A stretch of DNA of 64,000 nucleotides from a virus, in IMG/VR virus record IMGVR_UViG_3300045988_136451, one strand, 5' to 3'. Position 1 is the stretch's first letter; each line of letters starts with the position of its first letter. The notes below the pieces were generated by a model. The model did not search any database. It saw only the letters and a list, made by a program, of their open reading frames with translations, and was not told the origin of the DNA. Shown in pieces: positions 19,626 to 28,805 of this stretch. A program made the translations under genes and the position numbers.

Positions 19626-20537
19626 TTACTCGCCGAAGACGCAGGCGGTAAAATCGAACGTGTATTCCGTGCCGTCCGTCTTGCTCTCGGCATCCTCGGC
19701 GCTCGCGTACAGCGTCGCCGTGAACTCCTTCACATCCTTCTGAATGGCGGCGACGAGGTTGATGGCTCCCGGCCCGTCGCCCGTCTGGCCGAACACAAGC
19801 GTCTTCTCGCCGCTGCCGAGCGTCTGGCGGACGAACGCGGAGCCGTCAGCCGCCTTCATCTCGAACGCGGCGTAGTAGCCCGTTCTGTCCTCCTCTGCGG
19901 CGAAGAACTCCGTCCAGTCGGGAACGTGGTTGACGGTTCCACCGAAGACGACGTTCGTGCCTTCGACTCTCGCGGTGAGGCCGCTCGTCAGCTCGCCTAG
20001 GTTCTTACCGGCGAAGTTCGTTCCGGCGAAGTCCGTCTTCCCTATCGTCAGCGCCGCTGGCTGCGGCGGCTCCGCGACGAGGGCTTCCGGCGCTTCTGAA
20101 ACGGTTATCTTCGCCTGACCGACCGACATCAGCATGCACACCGGGTTCCCGTCGCCGACCGTCAAGCGACCGTTGGCATCCGATTCGAGCAGCACGCGGC
20201 CTCCCGACTTCAACGTCGCCTCCGCCGCCTCCCAGTCAGCATCCTTGTCGATGACGGAGCGCGACACGTCCGCCATCGCCCCGCCTCCGAAGACGAGAAC
20301 GCCAGCGCTGGGAACCTCCCAGACATTGTGCGTCCTGTACGTCGAGAACAGCCCCAAGGGGCGCTCCGCCCCGGTTGACGGCCTCACCCCGTCAGGCCCC
20401 ATGCAGGCGACCATGCCCGGCATGATGTCGTGCCTCGAAGGGTCAACGGGCCAATCTTGGAACGTCGCCTGCGTCTTCGTGAACAATGGTTTCAGGGTTC
20501 GATGCTCCTGCGTTGCGAAATTTGACACTATAGCCAT
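19626..20537 (-). CDS. Head decoration-like paralog with C-terminal extension (303 aa)
   Basis: Its N-terminus MAIVSNFATQEHRTLKPLFTKTQATFQ is paralogous to the product of 13162..13671. Confidence 0.4.
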   Translation of the reverse strand: MAIVSNFATQEHRTLKPLFTKTQATFQDWPVDPSRHDIMPGMVACMGPDGVRPSTGAERPLGLFSTYRTHNVWEVPSAGVLVFGGGAMADVSRSVIDKDADWEAAEATLKSGGRVLLESDANGRLTVGDGNPVCMLMSVGQAKITVSEAPEALVAEPPQPAALTIGKTDFAGTNFAGKNLGELTSGLTARVEGTNVVFGGTVNHVPDWTEFFAAEEDRTGYYAAFEMKAADGSAFVRQTLGSGEKTLVFGQTGDGPGAINLVAAIQKDVKEFTATLYASAEDAESKTDGTEYTFDFTACVFGE

Positions 20538-23500
20538 CTGCTTTCCTTTCCGATAACTCCGCCGCGCATCAATTCGTCAAGCGATGCGGAGTAAGAGGCG
20601 ATCTTACCTCCGCTCGCAAGATCGTAGTCTATGCCCTCTGCGTACCCGGCATCGGCGAGCGCCGCGAGCACGGTGCCCTGATCGTCCGGAACGTCGAACA
20701 GGCGGGCCGCGATGCGGGCATCGTCGGTGTCCTCCGCGTACTCCTCCTCGGCATCTTCGGTCACCTCCGCGTCAGGCTCCTCCGCATCGTCCAAGTCCTT
20801 GCGCAGCTCCTTGTTCTCCTGCGCCTCCTCCGTGTCGATGTCGCCGAAGCCCTCGGCGTACTCGACGTACTCGCACACGTCGCAGTAGATGCCGTCGAAG
20901 TCGGGGCTTCCGCATATCGGGCACACGCGGTCGGAGTTCTGCATGTCCACCTCTTCGGGGATGCGCAGCTTGTTCACCATGTTGTCGGCCAGCTTGTAGT
21001 GACCGGCGATCTCTTGGAGGGCATCGGCGTAGAACTCCTCGTCGGCATCGGCGGCCTCCTCGACGGCGCTCCACACCTCTGCGGCAAGCTCGTCGTAGCT
21101 GTCGAAGGACAGGCCGAGGCTGTCGTACTCCTCGATGAAGTCGTTGGCGAAGCCGCTTGCGTCGTCTGCGGAGCCTTCCTTGCCCTCGCCGAACGGCTCG
21201 ATGCCGAACCTCCTGCACGCGGCGTTCACCTTGTCGATGACGGCCTGCCTGTCATCGGACGGTATCTCGACCTTGTTCCCGCGATAGCCCTTGCCGAGCG
21301 CGGCCTTCGCCGCAGCGGCATGGTCTTTGTCCGAGATGTCCAGCTTCCAATCGCTCGGATTGTCGGTCGGAGTGTACGCATAGTCCGACTTGCTCTTCTC
21401 CGCCGCCGTCACCCGAAGCAGCGTCCGCGCCTCGTCGTATACTTCATCGTTCATGTCGGTGTGCCTCCATTGCATCGTCCCGAACATATGGTCGGCAAGC
21501 GTCCCGTCTGCTCCGCTGCCCACGTAGCTCTCCACCACGTCGTTCACTTTCTTGTCGAAGATGCAGTCGTAGTTCTCCGTGTTCTCGAAGTCAGACCACC
21601 TCGCATAGCCGTACAGCTCGCCGCCGTACATCTGCCTGTTGATGCCGTCGAGGTACCAGTTGCACCCGCCAACGCCGTAGCCCCAATGGTCGGAGCCGCG
21701 AACAACGCCGTCAGGGAAGTACCAGTACTCGGAGCCTGATTCGCTCGTGTAGTCGGGAGCGCCCTGCGGCCTGTCCTCCACCTCCGCGAAGTCCGCCTCG
21801 GTCTCTATGTAGAAGTTGTCGGGGCCGAACTCCCTTTCCTTCGCGGCGACCTTGGCGGTCTTCGCCTCGGCCTCCAACGCCTGCACGGTGGCCGTCGGGT
21901 CTGCCGGGTCGTACACCCAGCTCTCCTCGAAGAACGCTATGCCGTTGCATATCTCGAACGCGAGAACGCCGTCGAACTCGCGCCCCTTCTGCTTGATGTG
22001 GTTGCAGAACTGGGCGGGCTGCTCTGCCACGTTCCCGCACACCGAGCACGTCGTGGTCTCGCAATTATGAACGGCATACCCCTCGGCAATATAACTATGA
22101 TCTTCCTCAACTTCAAAGTTATACACCATCCCCGTGTACGGAAGAACCCTTATGCGGTCTATGCGCCTCCAAGTGCCTTGTTCGTCAACATAGCACATCA
22201 TCATTTTCTTCTGTTCTTCGGAGCGATCTCCATAAGAGACGTAACGTGTGTGTTTGGCAATATCGGATATTCTCTCGGAAGACCTAGCGATTGGTTTGGA
22301 CATCTTGATGCCAAGTTGAGTGCATATTGAAAATATCTGATATGCAAGGTCTTTTGAAACGGTGGAATATGCGACCCTGCGATCATCAATGTAATGTCCG
22401 TCTCCATTAAGATACGCTTCGACAAGATCGCCAAGACACTCATCATCCCAGCGCATTGCTTCGTCGCTTATTCTTTTCCCATGGGAATACTTCCCACCAT
22501 GCTCTAACATCATATTTGCAAGTTCCGGTGAATTGCACCTTATCGTAGCAGCTCCACGCTTGATATACGGCCCAACCGCCTTATATCCGAGTTCAGAGCA
22601 AAGCGCCATGACTTCATCGTGATAATCAGTCTCGCTATCGCAAAACGTCCACTCGACAAACGCTGGTGCGCCAACACCAATGTTCAGCTTTTTGTCATAT
22701 CCGAAGTTTCCCTCTGCGAGATAGTATCCAAGGAGCCTTGCGAACGCGCGATTCCCGCCACGCGATGTGCGAACGGGCTTCGGGTCGAGAACGTAATCTC
22801 CAACCTCCAAGTCACTCGCAATGACCCATCCTTCAAAATCGGGCTGGTATCCATGGCCGTCAACGCCGTTCTTCGCGGCCTCGCGCACATGCGCCGCAAG
22901 GCTTCTATGGCTCTTGAACGAGCGCCCGCAAATGCAAGAATGCTCTGCATTGTCGCCATCATGAGCTATCCTGCTTTCACGTATGGTTCGCATCGCGTCG
23001 TTCTTCATTCGACGCACCCAGACGGGATGCTCGTCGGTAAGAACCATCGGACGTTTGCTTCCATAAGATCGCACCTCATACACGATTCCGGAATGCAAGC
23101 TCGCCATCGTGTCGGCAACCCTTCGCACGTTCCCAAGATGCGTTATAACCTCATCGCCGACCGCAACGTCTTCGATGTTTTTGACGGTGCCGTTTGACAT
23201 AGTTATATGCGTTCCGGGAACAAAGCAGTTGAGGCCCATGGAAACGGTGTCGATGTCGCCGCTGCGGATGAGCGCGCACAGCCTCGGGAACGTAACCTCG
23301 TCCATCTCCATCAGAATCTCTATCCAACGGTCTTCCGGGTCTTCGTCGTGGTACACCGCGTCGATGATGTAGCCGCGCGCCCTGTCGAGGTTCGTGTTCG
23401 AGTGGTTCACGTACACCGGCTTGCCGACGAACGTGCGGTACGCGGTCTTCAGCTCCTCGTGCGGCAGCATGTCGAAGTTCAGGTTCGGAACGTCTGCGGT

Positions 23501-23641
23501 GCATGCGCGGACGGAGACGTACAGGAACCCGTCGCCGCGATCATCGTACTCGAACGAGCCGAGGGCCTTGCGCGCGGCGACGCGCCCGGTCGTCCCGAAG
23601 CTCGTTCCGATTATGGAGCAGTTGGAGAACTTAACGAACAT
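20528..23641 (-). CDS. Head morphogenesis protein (protease/scaffold-like, about 649 aa outside the intein) interrupted by an intein
   Basis: A 138-aa N-terminal segment precedes the intein. After it comes a long, very acidic C-terminal segment. The position is between the portal-proximal genes and the head genes. The functional name rests on position and composition only. Confidence 0.4.
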   Translation of the reverse strand: MFVKFSNCSIIGTSFGTTGRVAARKALGSFEYDDRGDGFLYVSVRACTADVPNLNFDMLPHEELKTAYRTFVGKPVYVNHSNTNLDRARGYIIDAVYHDEDPEDRWIEILMEMDEVTFPRLCALIRSGDIDTVSMGLNCFVPGTHITMSNGTVKNIEDVAVGDEVITHLGNVRRVADTMASLHSGIVYEVRSYGSKRPMVLTDEHPVWVRRMKNDAMRTIRESRIAHDGDNAEHSCICGRSFKSHRSLAAHVREAAKNGVDGHGYQPDFEGWVIASDLEVGDYVLDPKPVRTSRGGNRAFARLLGYYLAEGNFGYDKKLNIGVGAPAFVEWTFCDSETDYHDEVMALCSELGYKAVGPYIKRGAATIRCNSPELANMMLEHGGKYSHGKRISDEAMRWDDECLGDLVEAYLNGDGHYIDDRRVAYSTVSKDLAYQIFSICTQLGIKMSKPIARSSERISDIAKHTRYVSYGDRSEEQKKMMMCYVDEQGTWRRIDRIRVLPYTGMVYNFEVEEDHSYIAEGYAVHNCETTTCSVCGNVAEQPAQFCNHIKQKGREFDGVLAFEICNGIAFFEESWVYDPADPTATVQALEAEAKTAKVAAKEREFGPDNFYIETEADFAEVEDRPQGAPDYTSESGSEYWYFPDGVVRGSDHWGYGVGGCNWYLDGINRQMYGGELYGYARWSDFENTENYDCIFDKKVNDVVESYVGSGADGTLADHMFGTMQWRHTDMNDEVYDEARTLLRVTAAEKSKSDYAYTPTDNPSDWKLDISDKDHAAAAKAALGKGYRGNKVEIPSDDRQAVIDKVNAACRRFGIEPFGEGKEGSADDASGFANDFIEEYDSLGLSFDSYDELAAEVWSAVEEAADADEEFYADALQEIAGHYKLADNMVNKLRIPEEVDMQNSDRVCPICGSPDFDGIYCDVCEYVEYAEGFGDIDTEEAQENKELRKDLDDAEEPDAEVTEDAEEEYAEDTDDARIAARLFDVPDDQGTVLAALADAGYAEGIDYDLASGGKIASYSASLDELMRGGVIGKESRWL
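22064..23227 (-). mobile_element. Intein with LAGLIDADG homing endonuclease (about 388 aa)
   Basis: Begins CFVPGTHITMSNGTVKNIEDVAVGDEVITH. Motifs LLGYYLAEGNF and LEAYLNGDGHY are present. Ends AVHN followed by C. Confidence 0.6.
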
Positions 23642-24227
23642 GCTTGCCCTTCTTCCTCGCCTTATACGCCATGTAGCAGTTCACGATCAAAGCGGCCTCC
23701 ATGAGCGCCACCAGAGCCATTTTGACGACGAGAAGCGCGTTCGGGCCCGGCAGGCCTATGAACGCGCTGTCGGCCAGCGTCACGACCGCGAGAACGCCCA
23801 TTATGAGCGCTATGAGCATCTTGTCGTTCGCATAGTAGCGGATTGCCATGACGGCGAAGCCCGCGAAGACGACGAACGCCGACGGCATGACGACCGAGTG
23901 CGGCGCTCGCGTGAAGAAGCCGCCGATGACCGACGACATGAAGACGAACACGACGAGCAGCAGCATGTCTATCGAACGCCAGCTCTTGTCGGTCGCCCCC
24001 GCGAACATGAAGACACCCGCCATGCCGTAGGCTGCGAGCGAGAAGAAGCGGGCGAACATGTCGTGCTCGCCCGCCGATGCGATGATCGAGGCGGAGAGCG
24101 CCATCGAGGCGAGCGCTGCGGCCATGTAGGGCATGCTCTTGTCCCCGCACGTCCTGACGCTCAACGCGGACGCGATGACGAATATCGGAAAAGTCGCTCC
24201 GAAGATCGAGAGGACAGCGGCGTTCAT
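23631..24227 (-). CDS. Polytopic membrane protein (about 198 aa)
   Basis: Start adjusted to MNAAVLSIFGATFPIF. Five to six hydrophobic segments. Start overlaps the upstream stop (ATGA). Confidence 0.4.
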   Translation of the reverse strand: MNAAVLSIFGATFPIFVIASALSVRTCGDKSMPYMAAALASMALSASIIASAGEHDMFARFFSLAAYGMAGVFMFAGATDKSWRSIDMLLLVVFVFMSSVIGGFFTRAPHSVVMPSAFVVFAGFAVMAIRYYANDKMLIALIMGVLAVVTLADSAFIGLPGPNALLVVKMALVALMEAALIVNCYMAYKARKKGKHVR

Positions 24228-24592
24228 CGCTTTTCGCCTCCCTTCGAGGAGCTTGCTTCGTCCTTCGAGCCTCCGAACTTCGATTCGAGCGAGTTTATGA
24301 TCTGCTCCAATATCATGGGGGCTATGATGGCCGAAGAGAAGGCCGTCCAGATCGACTGATCGACTATCACGCCGACCGCGCCGCCCATTATCAGCGACGC
24401 TACGAAGCCGAGATGGACGTACACGCCTCCGTCGTCCTTGCGCTCGATGCGCAGCGGAAGCTCCAAGCAGCCGTCGTTCACGCAGATGTCGCGGACGAAC
24501 GCACCGCAAGCACCGGCGAGGAACAGGAACAAAGCCTGCTCGAAGCTGGTTATCTCGCTCATGTGCACGAGCGATGCGAAAAGTTCGTCCAC
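24224..24592 (-). CDS. Small membrane protein (122 aa)
   Basis: Track ORF with two to three hydrophobic segments. Confidence 0.35.
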   Translation of the reverse strand: MDELFASLVHMSEITSFEQALFLFLAGACGAFVRDICVNDGCLELPLRIERKDDGGVYVHLGFVASLIMGGAVGVIVDQSIWTAFSSAIIAPMILEQIINSLESKFGGSKDEASSSKGGEKR

Positions 24593-24607
24593 GCTACGCT
24601 CCCTTCT

Positions 24608-25591
24608 TTAGTAAAGGGAGGCATCTTCTCCCTTGTAGCGGTCTCTGTTGCGAGCCAACTGGCCGGTGCTCTCCTCTTGGAGTTCCTTCTGCTCCTGCTG
24701 GCTGAATATCCTTGTGGCGCTTTTATTGTATCCGCTGTTGCTTTTCGCCGCCACTGGCAACGCGACGCGCCGAGCGCCCGCAGACACGCACATGACACCG
24801 CCGTACTCGTGGACGCGCATCGCCTCGCGGATGCCGCGCTGCATCGTCTCGGGGGCCGATTCGTCGAGGAACGCGACGGCCTCGCGCCTCTCGCCCTCGT
24901 TGGTCGAGTACAGGCGCGCGACCATGGCGTTGAACACCTCGTCCTCGAAGCAGTCGGGGCACAGTTCGTGCAGCCCATCGCGCTCGCCGTATTTCCCGCA
25001 GTGCGAGCAGAAGCCCGTCTCGTTGTAAACCATGCTTGCCGTCCTATCTCCGAAGAACTCTTTCCTCGCCCTCGCGTTGCTCACCATGAGCGTCGCGAGC
25101 GCGTGGCTGCACATCCTGCCGCCCCAGCCGCTCCTGCTGCTGTGGCCCGGAGCGCCGTCGTAGTAGCTGCCCCACTTGCAATCGCACAGGTAGCCCTGAA
25201 CCCATCCGCCGTAGTTAGGCGACTTGTTCCATCCCTTGCGCGCGAGTATCACGCCGTAGGGGCCTCCGCGATAGACGGGGAAGCGCCCCGCCACCTGCGC
25301 GCTCGTGACGACGGCATCGACCTCCTCGCTGTCGTCGCGGGTGATGACAACGCCGCCCGTGGCGGCTATGGCCTCGGCCTTCGCCTTCACGTCCGCCCAT
25401 GCCGCGCGCTTCTCCAACATCGACGTTTTCCGCATGTCGTCTGCCACCGCGAGCGGGCAGTGCAGCAGGCGCTCGTCGGAGCGTTCGTAGGAGCATGCGC
25501 CAAGCTCGACGCTCGCCGTCCTCTCCGACACGTCAACCCTCTGCACGCACCGCCCGCAGTCCCAGAACATGCAGTCGCATCCGCTACTCAT
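24608..25591 (-). CDS. SWIM zinc-finger domain protein (about 327 aa)
   Basis: Start adjusted to MSSGCDCMFW, overlapping the portal stop (ATGAGTAG). A CxCxnCxH motif (CDCKWGSYY...CSHALA) follows the portal gene, the usual place for a head morphogenesis protein. Confidence 0.4.
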   Translation of the reverse strand: MSSGCDCMFWDCGRCVQRVDVSERTASVELGACSYERSDERLLHCPLAVADDMRKTSMLEKRAAWADVKAKAEAIAATGGVVITRDDSEEVDAVVTSAQVAGRFPVYRGGPYGVILARKGWNKSPNYGGWVQGYLCDCKWGSYYDGAPGHSSRSGWGGRMCSHALATLMVSNARARKEFFGDRTASMVYNETGFCSHCGKYGERDGLHELCPDCFEDEVFNAMVARLYSTNEGERREAVAFLDESAPETMQRGIREAMRVHEYGGVMCVSAGARRVALPVAAKSNSGYNKSATRIFSQQEQKELQEESTGQLARNRDRYKGEDASLY

Positions 25592-28500
25592 CGCCGCCGT
25601 CCTCCGCGACCAACGGCACGCCCTGCTCCACCAGAGATGCCGTTCGCTTGCTGCGGACGCTTGCGCGGTGGTTGGCGACCACGGAGCGCTTCGTGCTCCC
25701 AACGTCCTTCATGGCGCTTCTGGCGGCCTCGTGCGGGATGTCTCCGCCCTTCGCCGCGAACGTGCCCGGAGCGTCCATGTCCTCGCGCCTCTCGTCCGAC
25801 ACGTCGGGTCTTGCGCCGTCTCCGGGGGCGTACTCCTCCTCGTCCACCACGTCGGTCACCGCTTCGAGCTGCGATACCGCCTCCTCTTCGGGCGACTTCC
25901 CGAACGGGCCGTCCTTGCCGTCGTCCTCCTTCGGGGCTATCTTCTTCAGAAGCTCCTGCTCTTCCAACGGCGCTATGCCGTCCTTCATGAACTTCACCGT
26001 GTCGGGAGGAACGGGAACGCCCTTCTCGACGCACGCGCGGAAGATCGCGGCGTGCTCCTCCGCGCGCTGCACGGCATCGTGTATGGCATCCTGCGATGCC
26101 TGCTCCGCCGTCGCACGGTAGTCGATGTCGGTTCCCATGAAGAACGCCTGACGGGCGATTGGCACGCCCTGCTTCTGCAACTGCATGAGGAAGTCGCGCG
26201 TCTTCTCCGTCGTGTTGAAGTTGATCGTCTCCATGCGCAGCTCCGGATAGAGCAGCTTGGGAACCTCCTTGATGACGTAGCCGCCCTCTCCGTCGTTGAC
26301 CGATTCGTCCCACACCTCGCGCCACTCGGTCTTGTCGATCTTGACCCCGCCTATGATGTCGTAGTCGTAGATGCCGTTCGCCTCGGCGACGAACGCCGCG
26401 CGGCGGTTGTACAGCTCGCACAGGCACTTCTGGTAGCTGCGGAGCATCTGGCTCGCCAGCTCGAACTCCATGGCCGACGTTGCGTACGGGCCGCTCGCAG
26501 GCTTCAAGATCGACGATGAGAGGCCCCACGCCATGAACAGGCGGTCGTCGTACATGTCGATGTCGTTCTTGAAGTTCGCCATCTTGTCGCCGCGTATGAC
26601 CTCCTGCACGTTCACAAACTGGTTTGTGACCAAGGCTCGGAAGTCGGACGAAAGCGCCTCGTCGAGACGCGTTCGGAAGGTAGCTATGGCGTTCGGAGAC
26701 GGGATGTAGGGGCTTCCGTCGGCAAGGTTGCCTCCGAGCGAGAACAAGAGGAGCGGCGCGTACATGCGGTCTGCCGTCGCGAGCATGGCCGACTGAAGGC
26801 GCTCCTCCAACCGCAGGGTGTTCCAAGCGCGCAGGGCGACCGGCGTTCCGTGAAGGTCTCGCACGCTGTCCTTGTTCGCGAGGTGGACGCATCGGTCTGG
26901 CGATATGAGGATGTCCTTTCCGGTCTTCACCAGCTCGGCGAACTCCGGGTTCTCCTCCTCGAAGATGCGCCCTGCAACGTCCATGCTGTTGACGATGCGC
27001 TTCATGTCCTCGTCGGGAACGAACTTCAAGATGTTCTCCGATGAGAACGGCACCCTTATTATCTCCATCTGGCGCGGGTCTAAAAGCTCCTCGCCCGTCC
27101 ATATGCCCAAGCTGTCGTCCCACACGCCGTTGGCGAACACCTCTCCGTACTGCCAGTACTCGCGGCCAACGTCGATCAGGAAGTTCTCGTAGTCCAAGTC
27201 CTCGAAGAAAATCTGCTCGAAGAAGTCTTTCACGTCCTTGTTCTTGCATTCGAGGTGCGCGCCTGCGGTGGGGTACCTCGCGTACACCTCCAAGCAGTTG
27301 TGAGACGCGAAGCCGTCGGCTAGATAGCTATGGTCTTCATCGACCTCCAAGTTGTACACGGCCCCCTCGAACCTCTCGACGGACACCGACTTCACCGCGA
27401 AGTGCATGTAGTCGCCGCTTAGGAAGCCGAGGGAGACGCGCGAGTACGGGCGCTTCTCGCGCTCGTGCCGTATACCATTGTCGTCGCGAAAAGAGCATGC
27501 CGATGCCCCGCTGTACCTCACAGCGCCGAGCGACGTTTGCACGATGGACGCTTTCTCATTGTCCGCGACGAACCTCTCGAACATGCAGTTCCGAGGCCAT
27601 TTCACGCACACCTCGTAACCGCACCTGATCGAAATAGCGGCAAGGCCGTTCACAAGATCGCGGGAGACGCTGTTCATCACGATCTCGTTCTTCCCGTTGC
27701 AGCCGTCTCCACGGAAGAACCCGACAAGCAGCTGACGCTGCTTCTCGATTGGAAGCTCCTGAACCCATAGCGGTATGCGCTTCGAGTGAGCGCCGCACAA
27801 AAACTCATCGCGCAGCCATTGGGCGAGCGGCGCGGAGTTCACATCGACGACCCACATGTTCCTGCGCCCGTCTCTGCGAGCCTTCGCCTCGATGCCGAGG
27901 CATTCGCGGCATATCCTCTTAACGTCATCAACGTACTCGACCTCATGCGCGCCGAAGCAGATGCTCGTCCTGTTGCCCGATGCCGCTCCGTCAGAGAGAT
28001 GGTATCCCACGAACCTGAAGAAGTCTGCATTCGCCTTGATCTCCAACCGCATCGAACGCTTCGACTTCGTTGGGGGGACGACCTTGCCCGTCTTCGTCTT
28101 GTACGAACCCTGAACCCATTCGACATCGCGCTTCGCGACGATACGCTCGACATCCTCGACGCTTTTGCCGACCGGCATCACAAGATAGTCTCCGATGCGA
28201 ACCTCGCTCGCCGAAACCCACTTGTACTCGCCCTCCGGCAGCGCTCCGTCAAGGTACGTCGTGCCGCCCGTGCGTCTGAACACGTACAGGTTGTGGTCTT
28301 CGGTGCAGCGCAGCTCCGAATCGCTCTGATGCACCTTGAACGAATACATGTCCCCGTCATACCCGAACGCCATTGTTTCGAGAACCTTGCGGTAGCGCCC
28401 AGCATGCGTCTTTACCTCGTCTCCGACCGCCACGTCCTCGATGGGCACGAGAGACCCTTCGACATCGACGAGCGTCCCGGCGGGGTGGCACGCGCGCATG

Positions 28501-28805
28501 ACGGGGTTGGTCTTCATGATGACCTCAACGCCGTCGAGGAGGTTCTTCCTCGCCTCCTCGTTGTGGTCGATGTCCATGTAGTTGTTGTAGCCGTAGCCTC
28601 TAAGGCCGATGCGCTTCTGGCGCGCCGGGTCGAATATGCGCGGTATGGCGAACTCCGCCCCCGGCTCCCCGAACGCCGCCGTGTGCTCGAACTTCGAGCT
28701 TGCCGGTGCCGCCTGCTCAACGAGCACGCGAAGATGGGACGCGTCGTGCGCCTGCACCTGACGGGTGGGGAGGTTGACTATCGCCTTCTTGCCTTTAGAT
28801 TCCAT
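25584..28805 (-). CDS. Portal protein (about 675 aa outside the intein) interrupted by an intein
   Basis: Large protein downstream of the terminase region with an acidic C-terminus. The intein is inserted after residue 105. Confidence 0.5.
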   Translation of the reverse strand: MESKGKKAIVNLPTRQVQAHDASHLRVLVEQAAPASSKFEHTAAFGEPGAEFAIPRIFDPARQKRIGLRGYGYNNYMDIDHNEEARKNLLDGVEVIMKTNPVMRACHPAGTLVDVEGSLVPIEDVAVGDEVKTHAGRYRKVLETMAFGYDGDMYSFKVHQSDSELRCTEDHNLYVFRRTGGTTYLDGALPEGEYKWVSASEVRIGDYLVMPVGKSVEDVERIVAKRDVEWVQGSYKTKTGKVVPPTKSKRSMRLEIKANADFFRFVGYHLSDGAASGNRTSICFGAHEVEYVDDVKRICRECLGIEAKARRDGRRNMWVVDVNSAPLAQWLRDEFLCGAHSKRIPLWVQELPIEKQRQLLVGFFRGDGCNGKNEIVMNSVSRDLVNGLAAISIRCGYEVCVKWPRNCMFERFVADNEKASIVQTSLGAVRYSGASACSFRDDNGIRHEREKRPYSRVSLGFLSGDYMHFAVKSVSVERFEGAVYNLEVDEDHSYLADGFASHNCLEVYARYPTAGAHLECKNKDVKDFFEQIFFEDLDYENFLIDVGREYWQYGEVFANGVWDDSLGIWTGEELLDPRQMEIIRVPFSSENILKFVPDEDMKRIVNSMDVAGRIFEEENPEFAELVKTGKDILISPDRCVHLANKDSVRDLHGTPVALRAWNTLRLEERLQSAMLATADRMYAPLLLFSLGGNLADGSPYIPSPNAIATFRTRLDEALSSDFRALVTNQFVNVQEVIRGDKMANFKNDIDMYDDRLFMAWGLSSSILKPASGPYATSAMEFELASQMLRSYQKCLCELYNRRAAFVAEANGIYDYDIIGGVKIDKTEWREVWDESVNDGEGGYVIKEVPKLLYPELRMETINFNTTEKTRDFLMQLQKQGVPIARQAFFMGTDIDYRATAEQASQDAIHDAVQRAEEHAAIFRACVEKGVPVPPDTVKFMKDGIAPLEEQELLKKIAPKEDDGKDGPFGKSPEEEAVSQLEAVTDVVDEEEYAPGDGARPDVSDERREDMDAPGTFAAKGGDIPHEAARSAMKDVGSTKRSVVANHRASVRSKRTASLVEQGVPLVAEDGGDE
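27297..28490 (-). mobile_element. Intein with LAGLIDADG homing endonuclease (about 398 aa) in the portal gene
   Basis: Begins CHPAGTLVDVEGSLVPIEDVAVGDEVKTH. Motifs FVGYHLSDGAA and LLVGFFRGDGC are present. Ends ASHN followed by C. Confidence 0.6.
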
